DNA from: Octopus vulgaris
Taxonomy: Eukaryota
Direction: 5' to 3'
DNA length: 64,000 bases
Assembly: GCA_951406725.2 (NCBI GenBank)
Contig: OX597816.1
Coordinates: 126,728,001-126,792,000 of the forward strand
The position numbers were made by a program, and so were the translations under genes. Of this stretch, positions 1-12,750 are shown in pieces (position 1 is the first letter of the stretch; every line of letters starts with the position of its first letter). Under the pieces are notes generated by a model. It was not told the origin of the DNA, did no database searches, and was given only the letters and a program-made list of their open reading frames with translations.

Positions 1-25
1 ATATATATATATATTTATTTATGTA

Positions 26-83
<58 letters not shown>

Positions 84-84
<1 letters not shown>

Positions 85-602
85 TGTAAATCCTCGAGTA
101 TAATCCTCATTTTTTCCCCAAAATTTAAAGGTCAAAATTCCTAGTGCATACTATATATGAGATTAAAAATGAAAAATATTTTCTAAGCAATGTCTGAATC
201 TCTATTTGCTGTCCAGCAATGTTTATTCAGACGCATTTTGTATCGGTCACAAAAATACCTTAAGCTAAGCCTGAAAGCAATGAAGTCATAAAAGAATCAT
301 CCATAACTTGCAGTAAGCAGCATTTATTAAAATAAAAGTGTTCAGGACACAGAATAACATGTAACAAAAACAATTTGAAAACATATTTACATTCCCATAT
401 AACAGTTGAAAATATCACCATTATTGTATTACACATGTGCGGAAGTGTTTGTTCGACTAGGTGCTGCTGGCTTAATTATGCACGACTCAATTTAGAGAAG
501 GAGTGCGTATTATACACAAGGTTTAGGCTTTTCAGGGGTACAGCCCCCTAAATATCACCCGCGTATTATACTCAAGGGTGGACTATACTCGAGGATTTAC
601 GG
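84..602. mobile_element. pogo/Tigger-like non-autonomous DNA transposon (MITE)
   Basis: 23-bp TIRs (CTGTAAATCCTCGAGTATAATCC vs reverse complement of the end CCGTAAATCCTCGAGTATAGTCC), TA on both sides within (TA)n, and subterminal repeats GCGTATTATAC(A/T)CAAGG near the right end. Confidence 0.85.
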
Positions 603-2614
603 TATATATATGTGTGTATCTATACATATGCATACACACACACACATTCATATTGTATTCAATATGCAAAAGATATATTTATGAAAATTGACTACTATTA
701 TTTATCTAATTGACTTGTAGTACATTACAATATTGTTCAGTTTAAAAAGTCAAATTATTCACAGCTTTGTTAATAGTGCTAGAGAGGAAAAAAGATGTAC
801 TTAAATGTCTTGAAGTCTGACTTCATAATAGCTCTTTAATTATTTTGGAATTATGATATCTATACACCTTTGCTATAATTATTATTTATTGGAAGTAGAT
901 TGAGAATGAAAGGATTTTTTAAAGGTTTCAAATGGTATTAATTTCCAATAGAAAAAAAATGGAAGTATGAATACTTTTAAAAATGGGACTACTTTTTTAA
1001 ACTATGTACATACTTTCATTGATCAGCAGTATACATTGGCTATATTCCTTTGAAAATGAACTCCAGCAATAATGCAACCTCCATCAGGTGCAGGATTTGG
1101 AATTATCTGGCATTTGAAAAACTATTGAAAAGTTAAAGAATTTAATTAAAATAGTCAACATTAGAAATGATGGAAGATCTAATAAGAGTTTGCTTTTTTT
1201 TAATGTTTCTCCAGGTAATGCATGAGTGATTGATAGCGTAGCTGAGAAGTCGGTTTATTGTCTAGTATAAAATTCAAAAAAGTTCGTCTCTTGAGAAAAT
1301 GAATATCTTAGAAAGAGCTACCTTTAAGAAAAATTCCTTAGATAAACTCACATTTCTATGGAATAAATGATATTTCAAATTTCTTGGTTTTTGAATCAAG
1401 TCAGCGATTATTCATATCGTTATTGATAGCTTTAATACTCTGTGATAAATAAAATTTAAGTTTTTCATGTGGAAGATGTGATATGATACATACATTGCTG
1501 CATAAGTTTTTGAATAGTATAAAATTTCATACACAAATATTAAACTAGAGGTATCTAAATAGAAAGCATTAAGAAACCAGTTTTTACAGTTAACTTTACA
1601 TTTATATGATAACTATGTGAGCATAGCCTTTGAGGTAACTAAGCTCTGAGAAGCAATATTCATGATGTTCAGATTGTGCAAATAAGTGAAAAGAACTTCA
1701 AGAATCTCTCTGTTGCATAGAAATCATTACATTTTCCCAACAGAAATCATTGTACAGTATATTATAAAAAATGGTTTTTATTAATAATTAAATACGAGAG
1801 AAATTTATTACTACTTCGTTTTTGTGTATTAGCACTTTAGAATATTTTAAACTTTTTAAATTAAGAAAAGAACACAAAATTCTTAAAATATCTGGTTTTT
1901 TTTGTTTTCTTTTTTTATTATTGCCATTCCTAATGTTACATAAATATTTTTATTTCCCTTACTAGTAGTTGTCAGACAAAACTTTATTACAACCTTTTCT
2001 CAGTATTCAGTAATTATGAAAATTATATGCTGAGTGTGTAGACATATGTTTTATTTTTTATAAGTGATGTAAGACAACAATTATGGACCTCATTAATAAT
2101 TTCCTCACGATATAAAATATCAGTATTTGAATGAAATTCAAGCATTAATTAAATGGGTGGAAGAAATTAAATCCTCTCTTTTATTATAATGTTAAAGTTG
2201 AATGTAAAATTGGGATAAAATTCCTAAGAATGAAACAGTGGAACCGAAAAATATGTAGTCTTTGTTAGTATACTAAATTTTTAAGTAATCAATGTGATAC
2301 AATATCTAATAATATCTCCCACATATGCATTTTCTATATATACATTAATATATTGTATGATCAACATCATCAATTTATGATAGTGCATGTTAAAAATTTC
2401 ATATAATTCTAATATACAAATAAAAACAAATATACAATCATTACAAATTTTTCATAAATGTGTTTTCTGAGAGATAGAATAAAAATAGTTTTCACAAATT
2501 TTAATTCCCACTCAGTTGTAAGTTACTTTGTGAACAGGACGTTATTTCACTTTCAATTTTCTAAAGAGTAAAGTAAAATACAGTAAGTTTCTGATTACAT
2601 TTCCAAATCTGTAG

Positions 2615-2791
2615 CCACTTGAGTCTTCATAATCATCAACATTTCAATGCAAAATTCTGTTCACTTCTAGAATCATCAGCTAATAACGAAAAAATCATTG
2701 CCTTCACTTATGAATTAAAAGGCTCACATATGTTATACAACAGCATGTTTGAGAACAATTTGTATAAAAAATGGACTCAGACTCCAGAAAA
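2615..2791 (+). CDS. possible internal exon of an unidentified host gene
   Basis: 177-nt stop-free segment (HLSLHNHQHFNAKFCSLLESSANNEKIIAFTYELKGSHMLYNSMFENNLYKKWTQTPE) between AG (2613-14; alternative AG 2669-70) and a strong GTAAGT donor at 2792; no homology recognised. Confidence 0.3.
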
Positions 2792-3236
2792 GTAAGTGAT
2801 TCAGTTATTCTAATCTTTTTAAATACCACTCTGTGAAGCCAAGGTAGACACAAAGAATTGCTATGTATTGTTTTGTTGTGGATTTTCAAATATTGGTTCT
2901 TGTCAGAGTAGAGAAATAAATTAAACTTTTACAAAATCTATTTTACAAAATATTGTTACCTTCCTAGTGAACAAGATTCACTTGAAGAAATGATTTTGTA
3001 AATAAATTGGAGCTTTCAGGAGACAATTTAAGTTGTGTCTTGTATTGGCACAAATGCATATGAATAAACTGCAAAACTTAAAAACAAGACATTTAGGATT
3101 ATTATTAAAGATGAAACGTCACTAAAACAAAACTGATATATTATAATATTGCATCTAAAAGATAATTTAGGAATAAAATTCTGATATATGTACACTTAAC
3201 TGTTTTTAAAGGCATTTGACAAAATTCAAAAGTACA

Positions 3237-3281
<45 letters not shown>

Positions 3282-3510
3282 CATATTATATATATATATA
3301 TAAATACATATAATATATATATATATATAAATACATATTATATATATATATATATATAAATACATATTATATATATATTTATATATATATAAATACATAT
3401 TATATATATATATATATATATAAATACATATTATTTATATATATATATAAATACATATTATATATATATATATATATAAATACATATTATATATATATAT
3501 ATATATATAT
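3237..3510. repeat. (TA)n-derived compound minisatellite
   Basis: TAAATACATAT units separated by variable (TA)n runs, period about 26-32 bp. Confidence 0.9.
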
Positions 3511-4111
3511 TGTTTTTCTAAATATCATTACCATAATTCACACAATAACAAAAGTCAAGCACTTTTAATTTTTAAAATATAGCATTATTGATTTTTTCAG
3601 AGTTTGATGCATAATTTATTGAATATACAGAAAACAAACAAACAAAGCAATGCAAAGTTGCTGTCACAAGTGTTCAAGTGTTGAGTACTTATTAGATAAT
3701 TTAAACTTGATGTGTAATTAATAAGCAATATTTAAATTTGTTTAAATACCTTAGATATCTAGAGTTAATTTCTTAATTTTTTTCTTCACTGCATATCACT
3801 GTTTATTCAGGCTTATATATATATGTATGTATGTATGTATGGATGGATGATTTTATTTTCATAATAAAACTGTTGGCATTAATCATAGACTTTTTCTAAT
3901 TATAGATTTTAAATATTTCATAGTCTGTCTGGGTGAAATGAATACAAAGCAGTATTTTCAAAATGCTAAATGCAGTATGATATTAGAAATGACTATTGTT
4001 ATGAAATCATCATTCAAAATCATTACTAGTATTAAATAAAATTGTGGTGGAGGCTGAAGCAATTTTATGCCAGTCTAAATGCATTGTTTAGCTTTTAACT
4101 TTCCACAGTAG

Positions 4112-4245
4112 ATTCCCTTGACTATATTCAACTCTGAGTTTGGTAATAAATATAATTATGAAACTATACTTGAGCAATGCAGCAAACATTTGATATTACC
4201 CAGTAAAATCACTGATTTGATCAGTTTCGTGGATTTCAAGAAAAT
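4112..4245 (+). CDS. possible internal exon of an unidentified host gene
   Basis: pyrimidine tract plus CAGTAG acceptor, then open frame IPLTIFNSEFGNKYNYETILEQCSKHLILPSKITDLISFVDFKK; donor weak and uncertain. Confidence 0.2.
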
Positions 4246-4554
4246 GTGTAAAAAAATTCTTGCATATTTGTCATGTATAGAAAAATTAGAAAAATTAAAT
4301 GTTTATTATTTTTACATGAAGTAAAAGCTATTTTAGGTCTTTTCAAGTAATTGATTTGTGTTCTCATTTCAAATTTATTTTGAATTTATGTCATTTCTCT
4401 GCAGTTGTCAATATGTATTATCAGAGAATAGTTGTTCCTATTTTCTATCCTTTATTTAAAAAATTGAGCAAGTGATAATTATTATATATCTAGTTAATGT
4501 ATCATATATCTGAAAAATAAGCTCACTCCAAAGCATAGAGCAGTAATGTATTAA

Positions 4555-4735
4555 GAGTAACTGAGTTTATGTCCGGTCATAGAATGACCAATGGTTTCAC
4601 ATCCACAAAGGCTTGTGGACATCTCTTTAGACTTTGAACTAAAGCTTAGAATCTGACGAGACATCGATGAGGCTAAAACCTTCGTGGATGTGAAATCATT
4701 GTTCACACTATGACCAGATATAGACTCAATTACTT
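4555..4735. mobile_element. short MITE with long TIRs and TTAA target duplication (Kolobok-like)
   Basis: about 55-60 bp imperfect TIRs (GAGTAACTGAGTTTATGTCCGGTCATAG... / ...CTATGACCAGATATAGACTCAATTACTT); TTAA at 4551-4554 and 4736-4739; purine-purine start argues against piggyBac. Confidence 0.75.
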
Positions 4736-4751
4736 TTAATATATACATATG

Positions 4752-4950
4752 CTCTCACTTGTTTCAATCATTTGACTGTGGCCATGCTGGAGCACCACCT
4801 TCAGTCAAACAAATCGACCCCAGGACTTATTCTGTGTAAGCCTAGTACTTATTCTATCGGTCTCTTTTGCTGAACTGCTAAGTTACAGGGACATAAACAC
4901 AGCAGCATTGGCTGTCAAGCAATGGTGGGAGGACAAACACATACACACAA

Positions 4951-4985
<35 letters not shown>

Positions 4986-4999
4986 AATACATGCGCGCA

Positions 5000-5039
<40 letters not shown>

Positions 5040-5165
5040 CAGTGGGCTTCTTTCAGTTTCCATCTATAGTAGAAGACACTTGCTCAAGGTGCCATGCAGT
5101 GGGGCTGAACCCAGAACCATGTGGTTGGTAAGCAAGCTATTTAGCACACAGCCACTTCTGCACCT
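4752..5165 (-). mobile_element. tRNA-derived SINE, family A (octopus OK-like)
   Basis: reverse complement matches the 29069-29455 copy: tRNA-like head, internal (TA)n(TG)n tract, 3' end GGTGCTCCAGCATGGCCACAGTCAAATGA. Confidence 0.9.
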
Positions 5166-5179
5166 ATATATATATAATG

Positions 5180-5543
5180 TCGATAACCATTAAATTTATG
5201 CGTCTCGAAACAAACCGATAGAAATCTCTAAAAAATTTGTTATTACCGTATTGGTCCAATTTCGGGGTTAATTCACAAGAAATTTTCCCCTCTTCAGTGG
5301 CACATACGCGAGATATAAATGAAATACTTATTCATACCCACGGAAGAAGCAAGCACCAAGTCCCGAGAAGACTTAAGTACCCCAAATATATCCAAATAGA
5401 AAAATCTTAGGCGCACCTTAGGCATTAGAATTTTTCTTCTGCCCTTATCTTGTAAATTATGTATAAATTTTACCTTTAAAGGCATTTTTTGATATGCTGG
5501 CCATTGATAAAATTTTTTTCCTAAAAAAATTTTATCGTATATC

Positions 5544-5545
<2 letters not shown>
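5180..5545 (-). mobile_element. short hammerhead-bearing repeat, probably a Penelope-like pLTR or non-autonomous element
   Basis: contains the hammerhead motif at 5243-5303; segment 5460-5541 recurs inverted at 47297-47395; flanked by (TA)n. Confidence 0.55.
5243..5303 (-). ncRNA. type I hammerhead ribozyme-like motif
   Basis: minus strand reads UGCCA-CUGAAGA-GGGG(AAAAUUUCUUGUGAAUUAA)CCCC-GAAA-UUG GAC CAA-UA-CGGUA: complete core, 4-bp G-C stem II, stem III, and a stem I with a mismatch next to the cleavage site. Confidence 0.65.
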
Positions 5546-5547
<2 letters not shown>

Positions 5548-5608
<61 letters not shown>

Positions 5609-5645
5609 TATATATATATATGCATGTATGTAGGTATGTATATAT
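5548..5645. repeat. (TA)n microsatellite
   Basis: direct reading. Confidence 0.95.
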
Positions 5646-5899
5646 AAAAAACTTGAAAATGAAACAATAAAAGAAAAGGTTATTTTAATCATCAGTTTGT
5701 ATGTCATGTATAAAATTAATTTCTTTATATAAATACTGAGTTTCTTGAATAAAATTTCTTAGGAAGCAAATAGATAAGGATTACATGGACAAGTAAAATT
5801 CAGTTGTTGGTCATATTTATTGATCCTGAAAAAAAGTGCTATTCTTAATTAGCCCTTCATAGCATGACAAAAGATGTAAGACCAATTACTGTTAGTTTA

Positions 5900-6477
5900 C
5901 AAGGTGGTATCAAAGTTCTGGAACTAGTTCTGTAGTGCAGCAACAGATGGCAACACACAGCTACATATGCAGTGAGAGCTAGCAGTGATCTTCATGAGGC
6001 AGTGTGCCAAGTGACATCCCTGTGCTTACTTCACAAGTTGTGAAATTTGTGATCATGTGTATGCTGTAGTCTGCGATTTTGTCATGGACAGGATCAAAGA
6101 GCAACCAGATCTGTGGAGTACAAAGAATTGGATGCTTCACTGAGCTCTCCTCACTTGTGAGTTTCTCACCAAAAACCACATGGTATTGCTTCCACACCCA
6201 CCCTATTTGCTAGATTTAATACCTGTGGACTTTCACATCTTCCCTAATATGAAAATGCAGCTCAAAGGTTGCCATTTTAACACCATTGTCAAGATCCAGG
6301 GTGACTTGCTTATGGAAAATGACATCCAGATTGGATTCCAAAAGTGGTAGAAACACTGGGACCAGTATATTGCTGCACATGATGACTATTTCAAGGAAGA
6401 TGATGTTAAAACTTAGGTAAATAAGTTATTTTTTTTATCAAACATAACTAGACCAGGAACCTTTTGATACCACCTCA
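5900..6477 (+). mobile_element. internally deleted mariner element with decayed transposase C-terminus
   Basis: about 30-bp TIRs (CAAGGTGGTATCAAAGTTCTGGAACTAGT / ACTAGACCAGGAACCTTTTGATACCACCTCA), TA flanks; PPYLLDLIPVDFHIFPNMKMQLKG resembles the YSPDLAPxD motif, followed by W*KHWDQYIAAHDDYF. Confidence 0.85.
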
Positions 6478-8119
6478 TATTTGTATATTTAAAACATTTG
6501 ATTGATAAGAATTAAATATATATGATATTTTTCTGGTGATTTTCTGGAAACATTTACCAACAGAAATGTGTAAAGAAAATGTACAAAAATACATCCATGA
6601 ACAAAATAACTAAATTCTACCTTCTGCTTTCTTAGAACTATTTGTGAGTCTTTGGTTAGCTAAATCTGAGTCTAAATTGTAAAACTTTCAATACTTATTG
6701 TTAAATCACTACAAATCCCAATTTTCATGGTTATGAAAAAAACCCGTTACTAATAGCGTCATCAGTTTTTATTTGTGTACAGAAAAAAATATCACCACTA
6801 GTTACTTTATTCAATTTAACATCTGCTTTTCTATAAAGGTATAAGTTGGAAAGATATTTGTTTGGCACATTTTGTATCTATAGCTGTTAGTCCTTTCAGT
6901 TGCCAACCATTTAATGGAAAACATTTAGCTAGTAAAAAGACATTAGTTAGATGTTGAAGCATGAATCAGACAGATAGTATGTGTGGGTAAGAGGGAACAA
7001 GAGAAATATGCAGTTGTAAGCAAGAAAGCAGCAAATGATAAAATAGAAATGATAAAGGAAAGTTGGACTTAGAAACTATAGCAGTGATGACAGTAAAACA
7101 TCTTGAGATATAATGACAGAGAAATAGTGTAGTTCTTCTACCCTATTGTGATTTTAGACATGATAAAAAGTTTTACACTGAAACAGTATTTATATTGGAA
7201 CTGATTCATGTTATTTTCAAATCAGATTTATAAATATATTTCTTTGATATATCACACGAGTTAAGAATTGTCCATTCTTTATTATTTGTTTTATTCTTTT
7301 TTCTTGACTTTTTTCACATATTTATTTCCACACCATCTTCTCAAAAGATCCCCAGATACTTGTTGAGAAATAAATTGGTGTTATTTCTGAAATGAAATAT
7401 TGTTTTCATTTTTTAAATATTTTCCTATTCTAAATTTTTTCTTCTTTCATCATATAACTTCTAAATAATTTCACACTTTCTTAAACATTTGCAACAGAAC
7501 CACACAACTGATCTGATCAAGCAATCAGCTACAAAGGTGTAAAAGTTCATTGTTATAAATGATGGAAAATTCTGAAATAGTGAAAATACATAATTTACAG
7601 TCAGCATTATAACGGTCTACAACATGCAATTTAATAACTAAAAATAGAACATTCAAGAAATTGTAATTTCATTAGTGCAAAAGGATTTTTTTCAATTGTG
7701 ATAGTTGGCTTCAATAAAACACTGTCGCATACCGAGAAAGCAAATTTTAGAGTTTCAGTTTTGTGATTTTTACATTAGAGAATGCAAAATATGGAGTTAA
7801 AGAAACAAAAGAATATTACATATATGTATAAATGGTGATAAAGAAATATATTTCTTTAACTTCATTAGAAATGCTTTTGTCAGTTTGTTTTCATAAAAGC
7901 ACCAAAACAATTGTAAACTAATATTGATTTATTGCAATACAGAGAAAAAATACAACTATACTTGTTTATATATATATATCTTTGTATGTATATTTATGCG
8001 TGCTATTTTTATGGAGGTTTAGGCATTCAGTATCTGGCATTTGAAGTTTTGTCAATTGTTACCCTTGTGGCAAATGAAAGAAATCGTGGTTGTTGTTGTT
8101 ATCATTATCATTATTGTTA

Positions 8120-8345
8120 TATGGGAATGTGGCACGCTAACAGAATCATTAGTACATCTGACAAAATACTTAGTAGAGTTTTTCTTCCAGCTCTTTACAT
8201 TCTGAGTTCAATTGCTGCTGAGACTAACTTTGCATTTCGTTCTTTAGGAGTTAATAAAATAAAGTACCAGTGAAATATTAGGTTCAATGTAATCAACTAT
8301 TACTTCACTTTAAAACTGCAGGTCTTGCACCAAAATTTGAAACAG
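8120..8345 (+). mobile_element. old SINE, family C
   Basis: similar to 49570-49805 (TTCTGAGTTCAA...ACTTTGCATTTCGTTCTTTAGGAGTTAATAAAATAAAGTACCAG); (ATT)n tail; a second partial copy follows at about 8380-8500. Confidence 0.6.
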
Positions 8346-8346
8346 C

Positions 8347-8380
<34 letters not shown>

Positions 8381-8506
8381 GGAGCAGTGGGTTGACCGAA
8401 TTATTAGCATGTCAGATGAACTTTGAGATATTTGTTCCAACTTTTTATGTTCTGAATTCACATCTTTTGAGATTGACTGCTTTTCATCCTTTTAGCGTTC
8501 TCATTT

Positions 8507-8509
<3 letters not shown>

Positions 8510-8554
<45 letters not shown>

Positions 8555-8557
8555 GCA

Positions 8558-8604
<47 letters not shown>

Positions 8605-8625
8605 ACACTCACACTCACACACACT
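8510..8625. repeat. (CT)n(CA)n microsatellite
   Basis: direct reading. Confidence 0.95.
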
Positions 8626-9399
8626 ATTAGCAAGATAGCTGATGAGGACATTATTTTCATTATTTCTCATTTCTTATATATTTTATGTTTTTTACTGATC
8701 ATCAGGGCATAAAATGCATATGTATATTGCGTACACATGCATACAAGTTAGGTGTATATTGGGTATTCTGACATTACATATAGTTAGTGTATGTATGTAT
8801 GCATATGTGTGTTTAATTTTAGTGTGGTGTGTTTAATTTTGGTAATGAATATATTTTGGTTTATGGTCAGTTCCTCTTTTTGGTATGTGTATGTAAGCAT
8901 GCACTCCATGGAGTGGTTGTTACAATCTAGTCAGACTATTCAGTGTGTATGTGTATCTTCCTTGGAAAACAAAACTGTAGACCAGCATGAATAAACAAAT
9001 TCCAGATCAACAAACTCTAAACATTTCTACCAACAATAACCCGCTCCACTTATGAACATATATCTTCAAATACTGATTCAAAAGATTAGTGCATTCAAGT
9101 GAATGAGAGATTGTACCTTCTACAACACCACAATGATAAATAAACCTTCAGTTTTAGAACTACCACTACCCATCTCACTTCTAATCAACTTTAAAGTAGA
9201 TTTCTTCTCTCTTATCATCTCTTCTGTCTTACTGAAATCACCCCTCTGATATCTGTATTCATTTTACTTTTTATACTATAAAAAACAATTCATAGATTGA
9301 AGCATGAAAGTAATACTTTTGAGGCCAGAGCAATTGTGGGCCTTAAAATGTTGTTTAGAAATATTCAGGGTGGTGTGCAGAGTCATAGATGTCATCGAA

Positions 9400-9625
9400 A
9401 AGGTTGTGAGTTTTGTAATACCATAATTTTCTTGAGATTTACACATCTCACATGTTATTGTATTTAGACCTGGGGGTTTATCTTCTCTCATCTTCTTGAT
9501 GGTATGTTCCACTTCAGACTCCAAAATATTGTGGTTGGATTGAGAAGGCTTTTCAGTTTTTTCATCTTCAAACTGGCCTCTATACTCAGTCCATCTTTTC
9601 ATGAACTCCTCTTGTTCATATGAAC
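9400..9625 (-). pseudogene. decayed RTE-type LINE ORF fragment (linker before RT)
   Basis: KRWTEY...ILESEVEHTIKKMREDKPPGLNTITCEMCK matches the RW.EY / EV..AIK.MK..KAPG.D.I..E motif of non-LTR RTs. Confidence 0.7.
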
Positions 9626-10404
9626 AACAATGGATTATTATTACCAAAACCTTACAAGACTGTAACAACTACAGACCATATAATTTATGTGCTATAGAAA
9701 GCATAAACATTCTATTTATATGTAAACTACTACTCAACAAAATATTTGAACGTGCCACTACTATCTTGCACAGTATACACCAAACTTGCTTCAGCTACTG
9801 AATAAACTGTTAATTGCCTCATCTACATACATATATACATACCACAACACACTATTAACATTTTATTGACATGCACTATCACAGTGCTCTAGGTTGCATC
9901 TCACTCAACCAAAAATTACTTTTGATAGACAAGCTACAAGCTGATTACTCTCCAAACATAAATAAAAATACATTCATTCATCAAAGTTAACACATCACAC
10001 CAAAATTAAACATGCACATTCATACACTCAGAAAAGTGCATTAATTATATGTTGTGCTGGACATATCCAGCTAATTGACATATTCTGCATTTCTACATAA
10101 GTGTGAACATCTTTGGAATACATTAGCAAGTTGCCTGCACTGGCTGGCATAAGAGTTTTATGGTGAGTTCAGTATCACTGTATCCTGAAATTATAAACTC
10201 TCTGTAGGGTCTTTTGCTCCTAATAAGCATATATTTTTGCCCAATACATTCATTTAATATTTATTGGGTCTTTCTAGCTCCATAACTGACATATTCTACA
10301 TATGTTTTACACATACACATATGTGCATGCATGCACTCACACATACACATCTAGCTCTCACCTATTGTCTGAATACCCTCTGTTCAGCTGAGAGCTACTT
10401 ATAG

Positions 10405-11330
10405 ATTATGGATATATAATTTCCAGGCATCTCTACTAAGAATATTCCAATTTGGAACTTTTATAACAGACAACTAATGACTTCATTCCTTAGATGAGAT
10501 GGAGGGCTCGCTTCTATAACATCAAATCTAATACCTTTCACTCCTCCAAGAATAAAGACTACTATAACTTAAAAACTTATAAAAATTTGCCTCCTAACCC
10601 TGCATTTGGCTAACTTCAGAAAGGATCTACTTCAAATGATAACAAATATTAAATTCTCTAATAAAATGAACTCATTCCAAAAGGACATCTCCAGGATTAT
10701 CTCTATGATAAAAAATTCTCCACAACTACATGCTTTTCAGACAAAATCAGGAACTTGTACACCCTCCCAATTGATATATTTACTAATTTCAAATATAAGG
10801 ATCTTAGTGGAAATTATAGACATACTCATAGGAATACTCTTAAGGATAACAGCAACCTCCACTGTAAGCTGATTACAGACCTTGGATTACTTGATTGAAT
10901 AGAACTTTATACACCTATTCCTCATGCTTCACCTTCAAAACTTATAAACTTGACTTCTCCATCAAACCTTCTGTCAGGTTTATTTGCCCCACTAAATCAG
11001 ACTTGGGTTGCATTAGCAAATGCATAACTAACCAAAGTATGATCTTAGTGAGGAGCAAAGTAAAGCTTCCTCTTTGGAGCTGAATTAGTGATGCTTTCAC
11101 TTGGTTCCACTCCCTTTCTCTCTCTAATAAATCTTGTACTCCTTCTCTCCCTATAGTTTGAGTTTTCAAACTATTATGCCTTCATATCACTCGTACTGTT
11201 TCACAAGGAAACATGCACCCCTCACTTGGCTGGATATAGACATTATCCTAGCAGGTAGGAAAACACTTCTATCTTAATAGCAACACTGGTACCACTGCTC
11301 CTAGTGCTAGTAACCCTAGATCATATGTCA
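10405..11330 (+). pseudogene. decayed Penelope-like element reverse transcriptase (N-terminal half)
   Basis: frameshifted motifs STKNIP, R*RWRARFY, FRKDLLQMITNIKFSNKMNSFQKDI, CFTFKTYKLDFSIKPSVRFICPTKSDLGCISK, LPLWS..DAFTWF, resembling the PLE consensus SxKNIP / KRMRWKA / FITLKDHK..F...P..RLINP.KS..G.ISK. Confidence 0.7.
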
Positions 11331-11384
11331 ACGGTGATGTTTTCTCCCAGCTCCATACTAGCAATGGTCATACCTCCAATCATA

Positions 11385-11847
11385 CTTTGAGGGAAATGGA
11401 TCAAATGCATGTTTGCCTATGACAGTTACATGAAGAATAATGAGTCTGTCACAGCAGTTCAGCACGAGTTCATGAGTTTCAGTGCCTCTTCAACATTCAC
11501 CAAAATCAGGATGTTCCCACCTGTAACACAATCTTATGTTGCATGAATGCACATCGTACTTGAGGCACACTAATAAATAGGAGACTGGTGGGAATATCAC
11601 AAATGATACGAATCCCAGAAAATGTGGAACGTGTCATATAACCTTTAATATGGAGTCCTAATCACTCTCCTCAGAGGCCTTCCACTGAACTTAGCATCAG
11701 TAATTGATTGGTAAGGCATATTTTGCATGAAGACCTGCATTTCCACCTGTACAAATTGGTCATTGGGCAACAGTTGAAACCATGGGACTATGCACAACAG
11801 CTTAACTTCGCACATCAGATGGAAGCAATTTTCATCTGAAAAGTAGA
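11385..11847 (+). pseudogene. Tc1/mariner-superfamily transposase N-terminal fragment, cut off by an RTE insertion
   Basis: YMKNNESVTAVQHEF...RIPENVERV...SPNHS...LSIS..LVRHILHEDLHFHLYKLVIGQQLKPWDYAQQLNFA, typical HTH region of DD37D/DD41D-type transposases. Confidence 0.7.
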
Positions 11848-12750
11848 TTGTACGATGCATGCATGAACTGCCATGTTTCATAGCAGTGGAACATGAGCTG
11901 TGACTGCTGAAGATGTGTAGGCTCAAAAGAAATGAAGCTAGCATGATCTGCTGGATGCGTAATGTCAGTGTACACACACGACAGAGTGTAAGCGCCCTTA
12001 GAGAAATGTTGGACATGAGCATCAGATGTGGTGAGCAAGAGAGGCATTTGCATTAGTATGGTCATGTACTACGGATGGATGAGGAGAGCTGCATGAAGAC
12101 GTGCCACTGCCAAACAGCGGAAGGAATCTGGGGTAGAGGGAATCCCAGGAAGACATGGGATGATGTGGTGAAGCATGATCTTTGAACGTTGGGTCTCATA
12201 GAGGCAACGATGAAAGACCGAGACCTCTGGAGATATGCTGTGACTGATAAGTCCCAGCAAATAAAGTGAGTTCACAGCTGTAACTTATACCAGTGTCGCG
12301 TAACCAGCCCACTCAAAAAGTACCTAGGATTGTAGGGCAACATGCTGTGCTTGAGGAGACTTATTGAGTCAAATACATCAAAATCGAATCAAATCAAATC
12401 ACAATCAAATGGAAATTGTAGTTGTGCTCCCCATGCCAGTGACACGTAAAAAGCATCATCCGAACATGGCCGATGCCAGCGCCACCTTGACTGGCTCCCA
12501 CACTGGTGGCATGTAAAAAACATCATTTGATTGTGGTTGATGCCAGCCCCCTCTGGCCCCTGTGCCAGTGGCGCATAAAAAAAGCACCCACTACACTCTC
12601 AGAATGGTTGGCTTTAGGAAGGGTATCCAACTGTAAAAACACTACCAGATCTGACTGGAACCTGGTGCAGCCTCCTGGCTTTTCAGATCCCAGTTGAACC
12701 GTCCAACCCATGCCAGCATGGAAAACAGACATTAAACAATGATGATGATG
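11848..12750 (+). mobile_element. 5'-truncated RTE LINE, older subfamily
   Basis: homologous to 43645-44070 (LYDACM..HSSGT*AVTAEDV), diverged 3' UTR, terminal CCAACCCATGCCAGCATGGAAAACAGACATTAAAC plus (GAT)n. Confidence 0.9.

Noticed and set aside
3141-3398. YI-, HT- and CV-rich ORFs here and at 4878, 8392, 22127, 29674, 31284 and 41797
   Set aside because: Translations of (TA)n and (CA)n microsatellites
4650-4682. CTGACGA as a hammerhead core
   Set aside because: No stem II or GAAA follows; lies in the centre of a MITE
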